Part shown: piece by piece, positions 26,480-36,610 of the stretch
Numbering within the stretch: position 1 is the first letter of the stretch
Layout of the letters: every line of letters starts with the position of its first letter
Assembly: GCA_050123335.1 (NCBI GenBank)
Contig: JASFHH010000005.1
Span: forward strand, 792-64,791
Length of the DNA: 64,000 nt
Direction: 5' to 3'
Source of the DNA: Gammaproteobacteria bacterium
GTDB lineage: Bacteria > Pseudomonadota > Gammaproteobacteria > UBA12402
Notes under the pieces: generated by a model
The model's input: only the letters and a program-made list of their open reading frames with translations
What the model was told of the DNA's origin: nothing
The model's database searches: none
Translations under genes and position numbers: made by a program

Positions 26480-26940
26480 TTATTTACTTTAATTAGTTGC
26501 CCCCCAGACTGCCCCCCCCCTGAAATTGGCTTTGTTTTGCAAAAAACAAAGGTAGTTTATTCTATTTGCATTTTTCTTATCAATCTGAGATACTAAAAAC
26601 GTGCTAGTAACACACATGCAAAGCGGTAAAACTGCGTCCGATAACCGCGGTTTTTTTGTACCTAAATGTCGGGCGTTCGTTGGAATACAATACCCTTGGG
26701 AAATACAGCGAGCCACGCTTTGCAGTGGTTACTAACGCCTGACACCAATTAAATTTGGGATTATTAGTAAAATTGCAAAGGAGTAAAATCATGTCACATA
26801 TTTCAAAAAAATTATCTTTATTTATCAATAAGTTAATTGATGCAGAATAGTAAAAGTCTTACACAACAATCAGATGTTTTTCGGTGGTTAAAACATGCTC
26901 AATCATCCATAATTACTATGCGCAAGCTTTCTGAGGAGGA
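26480..26940 (+). other. Structured non-coding leader with poly-C tracts, long-range inverted repeats and a 19-codon ORF with strong SD
   Basis: gttgccccccagactgccccccccc (C6 and C9 tracts). The 22-nt arm gtgctagtaacacacatgcaaagcgg (26601-26626) is complementary to ccacgctttgcagtggttactaac (26712-26735). Hairpin ctttgttttgcaaaaaacaaag. aaggag-N7-ATG at 26791 gives MSHISKKLSLFINKLIDAE*. Locally GC-richer than its surroundings. Confidence 0.3.
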
Positions 26941-26942
26941 AA

Positions 26943-28289
26943 TTGATGACTGCGAAAATACATCAACCAGCGTGTGAATTGACTGAAGGCTGTTGGGTTG
27001 ATTTTAGAGAAATGGTGCAACAAGTTGAACCGGAATTGTTTGACATCATTGAGAAAATAAACCCAAATAAAGAGCACAAATTAATTAAAGCCAGATATTT
27101 ATATGGCGAGCAAATTACTGATCTTGGTACCATTTGTGTTCCAGATAAATTTGGCCGTTTAGTACGTTTAGATAACGCTAATGTCTCCAGTGAGTTGCAA
27201 GATCAATTGGGCTATTGTCCTACGCCGCTAGTTTTGCAATTAAAAAATGCTGGTGAGGTTTTTGTTGAAACAGAAGATCGCATCGCGCCATTAAATATTT
27301 TTATGCCGGGGGATATGTACGGGTTATATGAAATTTTAGTTCCGCTTTCTGGTTGTCCAGCCGTACCTTGTTGGAGTATTACATCCGGAGGCAGATCGGT
27401 ATTTTTAGCATCTAAAATTACCGATGCAATCGGTCACAAAAAATTGCGTAAGGAATTTGGTGTATCACCAGTTCCACCGAAAAACATCAAAGATCAATGG
27501 GCAACTATGAAAACTATTGCTAACCGAGGCAGAAAAGATAATCCTTGGTCATCAGAAATATTAATTTTTACCAAAGAATGGTTTACCGAAAAAGATGACG
27601 ATATTAATTGGATGAGATTTCAAAACTACTTGATGAAAAAAGCGTGGTGGCAATCTCGAAGTACTCGCGCACAAATTGAATATAGTATTATGTGGGAATC
27701 TTTTGCTAAAGCAGTGTGTGCTAGAAATTTAAAACCTAGTTCTTATATTGTTGATACAGTAAAACATTTAATGCTATTAACTGCTGGCACAACTCCCGGA
27801 TTTAAAGCGATTGATACCAGTGAAAACATCATGCCGTCAAAGATTGTAGAAAAAGCATATACGGACATTTACGGTTTAAAAGATTATGCGGCCATTATTA
27901 TGCATCCTCACGTAACTAAATTAAATAGTCATGATGAGCAAGTTTATTACTCGATGGCCTATCCTACTTTAATTTCCGGCACGCCGTCTATTCGTAAAAA
28001 CACAAACACCATGACTGAAATTCGTGACGTGCAGACATTGATGAAAATGCTTGAAAAAATATTATCTTCTTATGAAGATCGTGTTCATAATTCAATGAAA
28101 AACGTTAAGTTTGAATATTTTCATAGTGATGAAGATCGTTTTGGGGAAATCCTAAATAGCCATAGCATAACTAAAACTGATGCGGCAATCTTAAATATTT
28201 TAAACGAACGTTTTCCTGGTAAAAAATTTCCTTCATACGGTTCATTTTTCAGAGGGTGCATTAGAATAAGCAGGAAGAATGTTGGTTAA
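26943..28289 (+). CDS. Hypothetical protein (448 aa), convergent partner of the rSAM-Nudix gene
   Basis: Long ORF with no recognisable motifs. Its 3' end overlaps the 3' end of the opposite-strand rSAM-Nudix gene by 48 nt. Confidence 0.5.
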   Translation: MMTAKIHQPACELTEGCWVDFREMVQQVEPELFDIIEKINPNKEHKLIKARYLYGEQITDLGTICVPDKFGRLVRLDNANVSSELQDQLGYCPTPLVLQLKNAGEVFVETEDRIAPLNIFMPGDMYGLYEILVPLSGCPAVPCWSITSGGRSVFLASKITDAIGHKKLRKEFGVSPVPPKNIKDQWATMKTIANRGRKDNPWSSEILIFTKEWFTEKDDDINWMRFQNYLMKKAWWQSRSTRAQIEYSIMWESFAKAVCARNLKPSSYIVDTVKHLMLLTAGTTPGFKAIDTSENIMPSKIVEKAYTDIYGLKDYAAIIMHPHVTKLNSHDEQVYYSMAYPTLISGTPSIRKNTNTMTEIRDVQTLMKMLEKILSSYEDRVHNSMKNVKFEYFHSDEDRFGEILNSHSITKTDAAILNILNERFPGKKFPSYGSFFRGCIRISRKNVG

Positions 28290-29978
28290 AAACATTTTTT
28301 TAGTTGTAGGAAATAATTGTAACGTTAACAAATTCTCTGGCGAAAAATATTTGTATTCTGCAATTTCTCGCTTGTCAATTTTGTATTTGTTTTTACAGCC
28401 ATTGTTTTCTGCAATCCACCAATGCAACTCATCTACATCGTAATCAGCATTAGATGTGCCTATTTTTTTGATGGGAATTACCGCTAAACCAAGCTCCTCA
28501 TGAGCTTCTCTGATAACTGCTGCTTCCTCTGTTTCACCTTGCTCAATTTTGCCATGAATGGGTGCCCAATGATCTTTGTATGGCTTTTTATTTTGTTTTA
28601 CCAACAGATATTTTCCGTTTTGTATAATAACTATAACTACACCCGAACGTTTTTTATCGGATACACTTGCCACATTAACTATGTCACCTTGCATATAACG
28701 TTCATATTGTTTTTTAGTTAGTGGAATTTGCATAATTTTGTTAGCATTCATACAAGCTTTATCATTGGATTTTTCATTGGTTAAATAGACATGCGCTTTA
28801 GTAAAATTAAAATTGGCGTTTTGCTTTAGTAAAGCTACGATGTTTGCAAAACTAATGTTATTTTCCTTATCGATGCAAAATTGACAGTTTTTTGGAATGT
28901 TTTTTTGAAAATCTTGGATGTGGCTATTATTTTTCAATAAAGTTGCTATAGATTGAGTTTTATCATTTATTGTGCCTATTTTAGCTTTTGGCATTATACC
29001 ATTGCGAGCTAGGCAACATAATTGTAATGATAAATCGGCTAATATGATAAATCTTAATCGTGATATCCAGCAGAAATTAAAATCATCTTTTGGTTTGAAA
29101 GATATTCCATATTGTTTTTCAATAATAAAATCTCTTTTATCTTTGATGTTTTGTTTGAATATATTTATTTGATTTTCAACAAATGGAATGATTTCAGGGT
29201 GATCATCGTAAACTTTTCTACAAATATTTTTTCTAATAGCAATCCAGTTAGCCCCCACATCATACATATCACACATAAATTTACTGATGTTGCGATAATT
29301 TTCCGGAAGCATAATAAAGGTAGCACCAATAAATAATTCTTGTTCTCTATTAAATTTAATAGCCTCAACATGAACCGTTTTTATTTTCTTAATCAAGTTT
29401 TCGTAATTATGTGCCTTATCATTTGATTTATGAACTTGATATCTGGAATTATTATCAAAAGAATCAACACTAATTCGTAAATGATGAACGTAGTTAGCAA
29501 TAGTTTTAATAATATTGCCTTGTAATAAATCACCATTCGTTTCGACAGTAATTTTTAATTTTAAATCGGCTAAATATTTTATAATTTCGATAATTTTAGG
29601 ATGATTTAGAGGATCACCACCACCAGTTAATCTAACACTTTTTCCACCTAAATTTTTGAAATCATCAAAGATAGATTTAAGTTGGTCTAATGGCAATGTT
29701 GAATTTAACTTGGAATTTAATTTCTTTGAAAAACACATGATGCAATTATTTGAACAGTTACTAGTAACATCAATATCTAATCTTATAGGCGATAAAGTTT
29801 GATTAAAATATGCGCTTTTTATCGCTTTTATCCACTCATCTAATTGCTCAGGAAACATCTTAGCGTGATTTTGGTAAAAAACATATGTCTTAGCATTACA
29901 TATAGCGCATATTGCATTCCATTTGCCGTATTGTCGATTAACAAGAATATTTTCGTGGTAATTGAAAACCATCTTCAT
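28242..29978 (-). CDS. Radical SAM (SPASM/twitch-like) enzyme fused to a C-terminal Nudix hydrolase domain
   Basis: CX3CX2C motif (CSNNCIMC) with a downstream GGGDPL SAM-binding motif. Additional Cys-rich region (CWISRL…LCCLARN…CQFC). Nudix box GKIEQGETEEAAVIREAHEELGL at aa ~470-495. An N-terminal CxxC pair is also present. Confidence 0.75.
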   Translation of the reverse strand: MKMVFNYHENILVNRQYGKWNAICAICNAKTYVFYQNHAKMFPEQLDEWIKAIKSAYFNQTLSPIRLDIDVTSNCSNNCIMCFSKKLNSKLNSTLPLDQLKSIFDDFKNLGGKSVRLTGGGDPLNHPKIIEIIKYLADLKLKITVETNGDLLQGNIIKTIANYVHHLRISVDSFDNNSRYQVHKSNDKAHNYENLIKKIKTVHVEAIKFNREQELFIGATFIMLPENYRNISKFMCDMYDVGANWIAIRKNICRKVYDDHPEIIPFVENQINIFKQNIKDKRDFIIEKQYGISFKPKDDFNFCWISRLRFIILADLSLQLCCLARNGIMPKAKIGTINDKTQSIATLLKNNSHIQDFQKNIPKNCQFCIDKENNISFANIVALLKQNANFNFTKAHVYLTNEKSNDKACMNANKIMQIPLTKKQYERYMQGDIVNVASVSDKKRSGVVIVIIQNGKYLLVKQNKKPYKDHWAPIHGKIEQGETEEAAVIREAHEELGLAVIPIKKIGTSNADYDVDELHWWIAENNGCKNKYKIDKREIAEYKYFSPENLLTLQLFPTTKKMFLTNILPAYSNAPSEK

Positions 29979-30239
29979 TACCTTTATTTTTCAATGCCTT
30001 ATAGCGATGTTACTGGCAGTTTCTTGTTTTTTGAGTAAATCCAAGCCAAATGTAACATTTTTGTGTTGAAATTTCGATAACAAAAATAGCGTTTGAATTT
30101 AGATTATCAATCTTATTTTGAAGAAGCTATCATTAAGTTGAGTAATTAATATGCAGGAGTATTTTTAACCGATTCATCTGAAAAAAATAATAGCAAAAAC
30201 CACATTCAGGAAGAATCTTAATTTACAAGGAGAAATGTT

Positions 30240-30728
30240 ATGTTAAATCAACGAACGGATGGTTTTTGGATTGGGAGTGATTCGATGGTTTTTGGCAATA
30301 ACAATCGCAAGATTTATAAAGACACAGAAAAATTTAAAATTTTGTTAATCGAAGATGATGAACTTATTAGCAAAATCAATTTAACTTTTTTAAAACAACT
30401 TGGTTATGACGTGGATGTTGCGCGGAATGGTTGTCAAGCTATTAAGTTTTTAAAAAACGATTACGATTTATTTTTACTTGATGTGGGCTTACCTGATATC
30501 TATGGGGTGAGAGTGTGCGAAATAATAAGAACTATACCAAAATTTTTGCACACCCCCGTGATTTTTCTAACAGCCTTTGGGGAGGGGCTTAAAGCAGAGT
30601 GTAAAGCTGCAGGTGGTAATGATTTTGCGATGAAGCCATTACCAATGGAAGAATTAAAAAATTTGGTTGATAAATGGCTGCTTGATAATAACAACAATTC
30701 GGAAGCAAAATATGGATGCAAGGCTTGA
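30240..30728 (+). CDS. Stand-alone response-regulator receiver (CheY-like) domain protein
   Basis: …KILLIEDDELI…DLFLLDVGLPDIYG…VIFLTAFGE…KAAGGNDFAMKP… carries the receiver-domain Asp and Lys signature. The start may be the M at 30286. Confidence 0.6.
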   Translation: MLNQRTDGFWIGSDSMVFGNNNRKIYKDTEKFKILLIEDDELISKINLTFLKQLGYDVDVARNGCQAIKFLKNDYDLFLLDVGLPDIYGVRVCEIIRTIPKFLHTPVIFLTAFGEGLKAECKAAGGNDFAMKPLPMEELKNLVDKWLLDNNNNSEAKYGCKA

Positions 30729-31070
30729 GTTACAGGATATTATTGATGAACATTTAACAAAAACACACGCTATATTGAATTGCTTATTAGCAGCATGGAG
30801 CAGCGACCATCATGTTGACCAGGATACTATTTTTCACGCGCTTTGGTCGATGGAAGATCATTTATTGGAAATTAAGAAATATCGGGATGCATCGTCTAAA
30901 AGGGGAAGGCAGCATTAATTCTTTTGTTGCATTTCAACTGTACGAAAACATCGTGCAGTTGAAATCGCGTAAATTTAAGTAAGCATTTTGTTAGCATCAA
31001 CAAAATAGTGGGGTTTTGATTAATAAGCTTTCTAAACGGTGTAGATGATGAAATGGCAAGTTTATAATCA

Positions 31071-31946
31071 CTAATTTCCGAGAAATGCATTGTGAACTTG
31101 TGTATTAATTTTTTTACATTCTTTTAGCCTGGATTGATAAAAAGGTGAGTTTTTAATTTCATTAGCTAGCTCATATTTATTAATTTGTTTCCAAGAGAAA
31201 TTAATTTTTGCAATTATCTTTGGTGTAAAGCTTAACATGATTACAAGACTGGTAATTCCAACTAATGTCGTTCTTTTTATGACAATAGCAAGAGCCTTAA
31301 CAAGTTTGGTATATATTTTTTCTATTTTATTAATTAAGTAACGAGGCTTCAGTTTATGATGCTTAGCAAGTTTGTAAATAGGATTTATATAAAACCACCA
31401 GTTGGCAAAGATAGTAATTAAGAAAAAGCTGCTTAATAGAATCCATATCAGAATGTTGTGAGGGTGTAATGTAATGGTGCCAACTTCTAGAAAGTTAGCA
31501 TAGAGCAAGTCTGCGATAATAAAGCATGGAAACGCAAGAGCGGCATATAGTTTAACTGCATAAAAAAAACTGCTTAAAATCAAGTGTTTTATAACAGATG
31601 GTTTATGTTGATAGTAGATATAAAACGATAAGGTTATTAATAGAGAAAAAGCCAAACCAAACAATAAATTATCAAATAGAATAGATACACCAATCCTCGT
31701 TACACTAATAAGTTCATGGAGGTTTATGTGTAGTGAAAAGAAGATTAGATTATTAATCAAGAATAGTATTACATTGCCAACGATAAGAGCTGCTAACAAT
31801 ATTCGTACAGACTCTTTAACTTCTTGTTGTAGATTCGATTGATGATGAATGCAAGGGTGGGTATAAAAATTCAATAATAAAGAGATATATTTTGCGGGAT
31901 CACTGAAGAAGATCTCATTTATAATATTTATGATTTTATTGCTCAT
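31071..31946 (-). CDS. Polytopic membrane protein (291 aa), hypothetical
   Basis: At least six hydrophobic segments. Adjacent to the ssrA 3' end. Confidence 0.4.
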   Translation of the reverse strand: MSNKIINIINEIFFSDPAKYISLLLNFYTHPCIHHQSNLQQEVKESVRILLAALIVGNVILFLINNLIFFSLHINLHELISVTRIGVSILFDNLLFGLAFSLLITLSFYIYYQHKPSVIKHLILSSFFYAVKLYAALAFPCFIIADLLYANFLEVGTITLHPHNILIWILLSSFFLITIFANWWFYINPIYKLAKHHKLKPRYLINKIEKIYTKLVKALAIVIKRTTLVGITSLVIMLSFTPKIIAKINFSWKQINKYELANEIKNSPFYQSRLKECKKINTQVHNAFLGN

Positions 31947-32060
31947 AAAAATTGCTCCAAGTTGGAAATTAGTAGAGAAGATTATTAGCTGCGTAAAATT
32001 ATAAGAAGTTGATCTTTTAATGCAAGCTGTTTAATTATAGATTGTTATGGAAAGGCAGTT

Positions 32061-32417
32061 TGGTGGAGGCGGCGGGAATCGAACCCGCGTCCGCGAACTC
32101 TCCGCCATCGGTTCTACATGCGTAGCTAATCATTAAATTTCATTATTTGCTGCCCGATTAGCAGGGATCACAAATAACTAGCCTAAGTTAAATTTAGCGG
32201 TATTGCCTTAGGCGCACTTTACCGCGAGCTTATGAAATATGACCATCAGATTCAAGCGCATAAGCACACTTGGGTGATGGGCTGTGCCTGTTTAAGCGGC
32301 GACAGCGTAAAGTTCGTCGTTTGCGACTACTTTGTTGCAGCATGATTTACGAGGTTAAGCTACGTCCTCGGCATGCCCCTTTGGTTTTGCAATCCACGTC
32401 GAAGCCGGGTCGCCCCC
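32061..32417 (-). ncRNA. ssrA: tmRNA (ssrA)
   Basis: The 5' end GGGGGCGACCCGGCTTCGACGTGGATTGC… pairs with the 3' end …GCGGGTTCGATTCCCGCCGCCTCCACCA. Internal tag reading frame GCAAACGACGAACTTTACGCTGTCGCCGCTTAA gives ANDELYAVAA*. Confidence 0.85.
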
Positions 32418-32468
32418 AAATAAGGAATTCTGTGTAATTATAGCTTATTTTAAGAAAATTGCTATGGT

Positions 32469-32939
32469 TCAATGCCTTTTAAGTGCTTGTTCTTGCTGGC
32501 GTTTCCAGTCGCGGTCTTTGATGGTTTTGCGTTTATCGAACTGTTTTTTACCCTTGGCCAGGCCAATCTCGCACTTGACGCGGCCGTGTTTCCAGTATAA
32601 AGCTAAAGCGACTATGGTATAGCCTTTACGTTCAACGGCGCCGTATAGTTTATTCAATTCTTCTTGATTCAGCAGTAGTTTGCGGGTGCGGGTTGGATCT
32701 GGTTGTATATGAGTCGAAGCGCTGCCTAGCGGAGTAATATGACAGCCAATCAAAAAAGCCTCACCTTTTTTGAGCACAACATAACTATCCCGCAAATGCA
32801 CTTTTCCAGCGCGCAAGCTCTTAACTTCCCAGCCTTCTAAAACTAATCCAGCCTCAAAGCGTTGCTCGATAAAATAATCATGCTTAGCTTTTTTGTTAAT
32901 TGTAATAGTTGCTGGCGATGTTTTTTTCGTTTTGCTCAT
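32469..32939 (-). CDS. smpB: SsrA-binding protein SmpB
   Basis: …[28 protein letters not shown]…[19 protein letters not shown]… is canonical SmpB, directly adjacent to ssrA. Confidence 0.95.
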   Translation of the reverse strand: MSKTKKTSPATITINKKAKHDYFIEQRFEAGLVLEGWEVKSLRAGKVHLRDSYVVLKKGEAFLIGCHITPLGSASTHIQPDPTRTRKLLLNQEELNKLYGAVERKGYTIVALALYWKHGRVKCEIGLAKGKKQFDKRKTIKDRDWKRQQEQALKRH

Positions 32940-32990
32940 GTTTGAAGTATAATAGCAGAGTAATTAAATCTCAATGTATAAGGACAATTA

Positions 32991-33977
32991 ATGAAAATTT
33001 CCGAAGGTGGTTTGATCGAAAATTTACGGCAACACTTTCAAGCGAAAGTGCCTGATGATATTGTCGGCATCGGCGACGATTGCGCGGTGATCCCACAAAA
33101 AGAAAATAAATCGTTATTAATTACCACGGATTTATTAATTGATGGAACGCATTTTTTGCGTGATAAAATTGCAGCACTTGATTTAGGTTATAAATCTATC
33201 GCCGTAAATTTAAGTGATATTGCGGCAATGGGCGGCACACCAAAATATGCATTTTTATCGGTAGCGTTACCACAGGATATTCCTAGTGATTGGCTGGAAA
33301 ATTTTATTGCAGGAATAAATTCCATTTTAACTGAGCACCAAGTGTTATTATTAGGTGGTGATACTTCTAAAGCAAAGGAAAGTATTTTTATTAATGTCGT
33401 AATTATTGGTGAAGCAGAACAAGGAAAAATAAAATATCGTTCTGGTGCGAAACCGGATGATATAATTTGTGTTACTGGTAATCTTGGAGATTCAAAGGCA
33501 GGGCTTGAATGTATTTTGCAAAATCATTGCGATAATAATTTAGCCAAAAAATTGTTGCGTCAACATTATCGTCCGCAGCCGCAAATTAGTGAGGGATTAT
33601 TTTTAGCGCAATATTCGGGAACGCATGCGATGTTGGATGTTTCGGATGGCATAAATATAGATTTAGTACATATGCAGGAAGCCTCAAATTGTGGAGCGAA
33701 AATAGATTTAGAGAAATTACCAGTTTCTGAGAATTTATTACAATTTGCAGAGGAGTTTGATGCAAATGCCTTTGAAATGGCTGCGATTGGTGGCGAAGAT
33801 TATTGTTTGTTAGCAGCAATAGAAAAAAATTCATTTAAAGACATTGCGCGAGAGTTTCAAAACAAATTTAAGCGTGCATTAATACCGATTGGTGAAATTA
33901 CTAAAGAAAAAGAATTTAAATATTTTTTACATGGCAAAGAACATAAATTATTTTTAAAAAGCTTTGAGCATTTTTGA
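32991..33977 (+). CDS. thiL: Thiamine-monophosphate kinase
   Basis: PurM-like fold with IGDDCAVI, LITTDLLIDGTHF, AVNLSDIAAMGG and LLGGDTS motifs matching ThiL. Confidence 0.85.
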   Translation: MKISEGGLIENLRQHFQAKVPDDIVGIGDDCAVIPQKENKSLLITTDLLIDGTHFLRDKIAALDLGYKSIAVNLSDIAAMGGTPKYAFLSVALPQDIPSDWLENFIAGINSILTEHQVLLLGGDTSKAKESIFINVVIIGEAEQGKIKYRSGAKPDDIICVTGNLGDSKAGLECILQNHCDNNLAKKLLRQHYRPQPQISEGLFLAQYSGTHAMLDVSDGINIDLVHMQEASNCGAKIDLEKLPVSENLLQFAEEFDANAFEMAAIGGEDYCLLAAIEKNSFKDIAREFQNKFKRALIPIGEITKEKEFKYFLHGKEHKLFLKSFEHF

Positions 33978-33985
33978 GGGTTTAG

Positions 33986-34732
33986 ATGAAAAATTTTATT
34001 TATGGAATACACGCAATCGAAGCCGCTTTAAAAAAGTTACGAACCAATGTGCAGAAAATTTTTATGCAGCAAAATCGTAATGATAAACGTGCGCAAAAAA
34101 TTTTGCAGTTAGCAAAAGAACATAAAGTTGCAATAAGTTTTGTTTCACCAGCCGAGCTGCAAAACTTGGTTAAAGATACGTGTCACCAAGGAATTGTTGC
34201 GCAAATTCAGCTAGCCGCAAAAACCAGCGAACATGATTTAGATGAATTATTGGATGAGTTAACTGAGCCGGCATTTTTGCTGATTCTTGATGGGGTGCAG
34301 GACCCACATAATTTAGGTGCATGTTTGCGTTCGGCTGAAGCAGCGGGAGTGCAAGCTGTTATTGCACCAAAAGATCGTGCGGTTGGTTTAACTTCGACAG
34401 TATATAAAATTGCTAGCGGTGCGGCTGAAACAATTCCGTTTATTCAGGTAACTAATTTAGCTAGAACGATGCGTAAATTAAAAGACCAAGGAATTTGGTT
34501 AATGGGAGCTGACGAACAAGGTGAAGAAAATTTATTTAACGCTGATTTATCAGGATCGATTGCGATTGTGATGGGTGCAGAAGGAAAAGGTTTACGCCGT
34601 TTGACCAAAGAACATTGTGATCAGTTGCTGCATATTCCGATGGCGGGATCAGTTGCCAGTCTTAATGTTTCGGTTGCCACCGGAATTTTTTTGTTTGAAG
34701 TAGTGCGGCAGCGATTGTTAGTTAAACATTAA
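33986..34732 (+). CDS. rlmB: 23S rRNA (guanosine2251-2'-O)-methyltransferase RlmB (SpoU/TrmH family)
   Basis: [11 protein letters not shown]…[24 protein letters not shown]…[17 protein letters not shown] is near-identical in pattern to E. coli RlmB. Confidence 0.85.
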   Translation: MKNFIYGIHAIEAALKKLRTNVQKIFMQQNRNDKRAQKILQLAKEHKVAISFVSPAELQNLVKDTCHQGIVAQIQLAAKTSEHDLDELLDELTEPAFLLILDGVQDPHNLGACLRSAEAAGVQAVIAPKDRAVGLTSTVYKIASGAAETIPFIQVTNLARTMRKLKDQGIWLMGADEQGEENLFNADLSGSIAIVMGAEGKGLRRLTKEHCDQLLHIPMAGSVASLNVSVATGIFLFEVVRQRLLVKH

Positions 34733-35816
34733 ATCTAAAATGCATTACATCGCCATCTTGCACAATATAATCTTTACCTTCAAGCCGTAAGCGGCCGGCA
34801 TCACGTGCGCCATGTTCGCCGTGATATTTAATATAATCATCAAACGCAATTACTTCAGCGCGAATAAATCCTTTTTCAAAATCAGTGTGAATTTTTCCTG
34901 CAGCTTGTGGTGCGGTTGAGCCTTTTTTTACTGTCCAGGCGCGAACTTCTTTAGGACCGGCAGTAAAAAAAGTTTGTAAACCAAGTAATTCATAACCGGC
35001 GCGAATCACACGGTTTAGTCCTGGTTCTTTTAAGCCGACATCTGCTAAAAATTCTTGCTTTTCTTCATCATTTAATTCAACTAATTCTGCTTCAAGTGCT
35101 GCGCAAATTGCAACAACTTGTGCGTTTTCCTGCGCGGCTAATTGAGTAACTTGATCTAAATAAGGATTATTTTGCAGTCCATCTTCATTTACATTGGCAA
35201 TGTATAAAGTTGGTTTTGCAGTTAGTAATTGTAATTGTTTTAAAATAATTTTTTGTTCGTCATTTTCTAAAGGTAACATGCGAATTGGTTTGCCGGCATC
35301 AAGATGTGCGTACACCGTTTGTAAAAATTCATGTTCGGCAATGGCTTTTTTATTGCCGCTTTTAGCATTTTTACCGACTTTGTTTAAAGCTTTATTTATT
35401 GTGTCCAAATCAGCCAGCATTAATTCGGTGTTAATTACTTCAATATCATCAAGTGGTGCAATTTTGCCAGCAACATGGACAATGTTAGGGTTTTCAAAAC
35501 AACGCACAACATGTGCAATTGCATCTACTTCGCGAATATTTGCTAAGAATTTATTACCAAGGCCTTCACCTTTCGCCGCGCCTTTAACTAAACCTGCAAT
35601 ATCTACAAATCTAATACTGGTTGGAATGATTTTGGCAGGATTTGCGATATCAGCTAACTGCTGTAGGCGTGCGTCAGGTACCGGAACAACGCCAACGTTT
35701 GGCTCAATAGTGCAGAATGGAAAATTTTCCGCTGCAATACTTGCTTTAGTTAGCACATTGAACAAAGTTGATTTGCCTACATTTGGTAAGCCTACAATGC
35801 CGCATTCGAATCCCAT
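34722..35816 (-). CDS. ychF: Ribosome-binding ATPase YchF (Obg-like)
   Basis: [26 protein letters not shown]-loop, a TGS domain and a C-terminal …HFRFNV. Confidence 0.95.
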   Translation of the reverse strand: MGFECGIVGLPNVGKSTLFNVLTKASIAAENFPFCTIEPNVGVVPVPDARLQQLADIANPAKIIPTSIRFVDIAGLVKGAAKGEGLGNKFLANIREVDAIAHVVRCFENPNIVHVAGKIAPLDDIEVINTELMLADLDTINKALNKVGKNAKSGNKKAIAEHEFLQTVYAHLDAGKPIRMLPLENDEQKIILKQLQLLTAKPTLYIANVNEDGLQNNPYLDQVTQLAAQENAQVVAICAALEAELVELNDEEKQEFLADVGLKEPGLNRVIRAGYELLGLQTFFTAGPKEVRAWTVKKGSTAPQAAGKIHTDFEKGFIRAEVIAFDDYIKYHGEHGARDAGRLRLEGKDYIVQDGDVMHFRFNV

Positions 35817-35857
35817 AATTTGTCCTCTAAATTAACGACTGCATTCTAGCTTAATTG

Positions 35858-36259
35858 TCAGTTCAGATTAATTTGGATATTCTGAGGAGAAAGAAAGCTG
35901 TTTGGATATGCCTCTACACAGTTATTCTCAGGCTTATTACTAAAAAATAGTGATAATAGTAGTGGTGTATTGACTTCTTGTGTGTGAAAGCTCTTAAGCG
36001 TAAATCCGTTGTTGTACAGCATCTGATTGATCATCATCATGTAGAACTGTGCTCCTTTTTCATCAGATAATTGAGTTTGAAAAGTAACATTGAATATATA
36101 ATCATCACATTCTTTTATAGAAAAATGTTTTACATCATTATCAATATCATCGCAATCGCAAGTAAATATGTCTTTTAGTTTTTCAACTATTTCGAAAGAG
36201 TTACAAGTATCGTCAATGTGAGATTCTTTAATTTGCATATATATGTTATAAGTACTCAT
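35858..36259 (-). CDS. Hypothetical protein (133 aa)
   Basis: ORF only. Acidic, Cys-containing, no family recognised. Confidence 0.35.
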   Translation of the reverse strand: MSTYNIYMQIKESHIDDTCNSFEIVEKLKDIFTCDCDDIDNDVKHFSIKECDDYIFNVTFQTQLSDEKGAQFYMMMINQMLYNNGFTLKSFHTQEVNTPLLLSLFFSNKPENNCVEAYPNSFLSPQNIQINLN

Positions 36260-36610
36260 GTTTTTTTCCTTTTAGTAAGTGTTTTGTTATTATTATGCTG
36301 TTTATTGATGTTTCTTGTTTAAGTGACAAATATTATCATTTCGTTTTGATTATAACAATTATTATTTGAGGCAAGCTTAAATATTTCGGGGTTGTTTACA
36401 TAAATCAAATAATCGAGACATCTTTCTAACTTAATTGATTGTAATTCGCGATAAATTTGTTATGCTTATAACCTTCAGCAATAAAATCATATGCTTATAA
36501 AAAAGCGCAAAAAAGCGCAAAAAAGTGCACGGTCTTAAGTTTTCCTTAATAATTACAGTCTATAATTTACACGAAACAGATTTTTTTGTATTAAACTTGG
36601 AGAGGTAATT

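Noticed and set aside
26489-26828. Minus-strand small ORFs (75 and 74 aa) inside the non-coding leader
   Set aside because: Overlap each other in different frames, have no SD, and lie in a region whose features look RNA-structural. Not called as genes.
26480-26940. Retron (msr/msd) or group II intron hypothesis for the structured leader
   Set aside because: No reverse-transcriptase ORF (no YxDD motif) nearby. The downstream 448-aa protein lacks RT motifs. Kept only as an unclassified structured non-coding region.
30667-30918. 83-aa ORF overlapping the 3' end of the receiver-domain gene
   Set aside because: Overlaps the receiver-domain gene in another frame, with no motif or SD evidence. Left uncalled, but could be a small partner protein.
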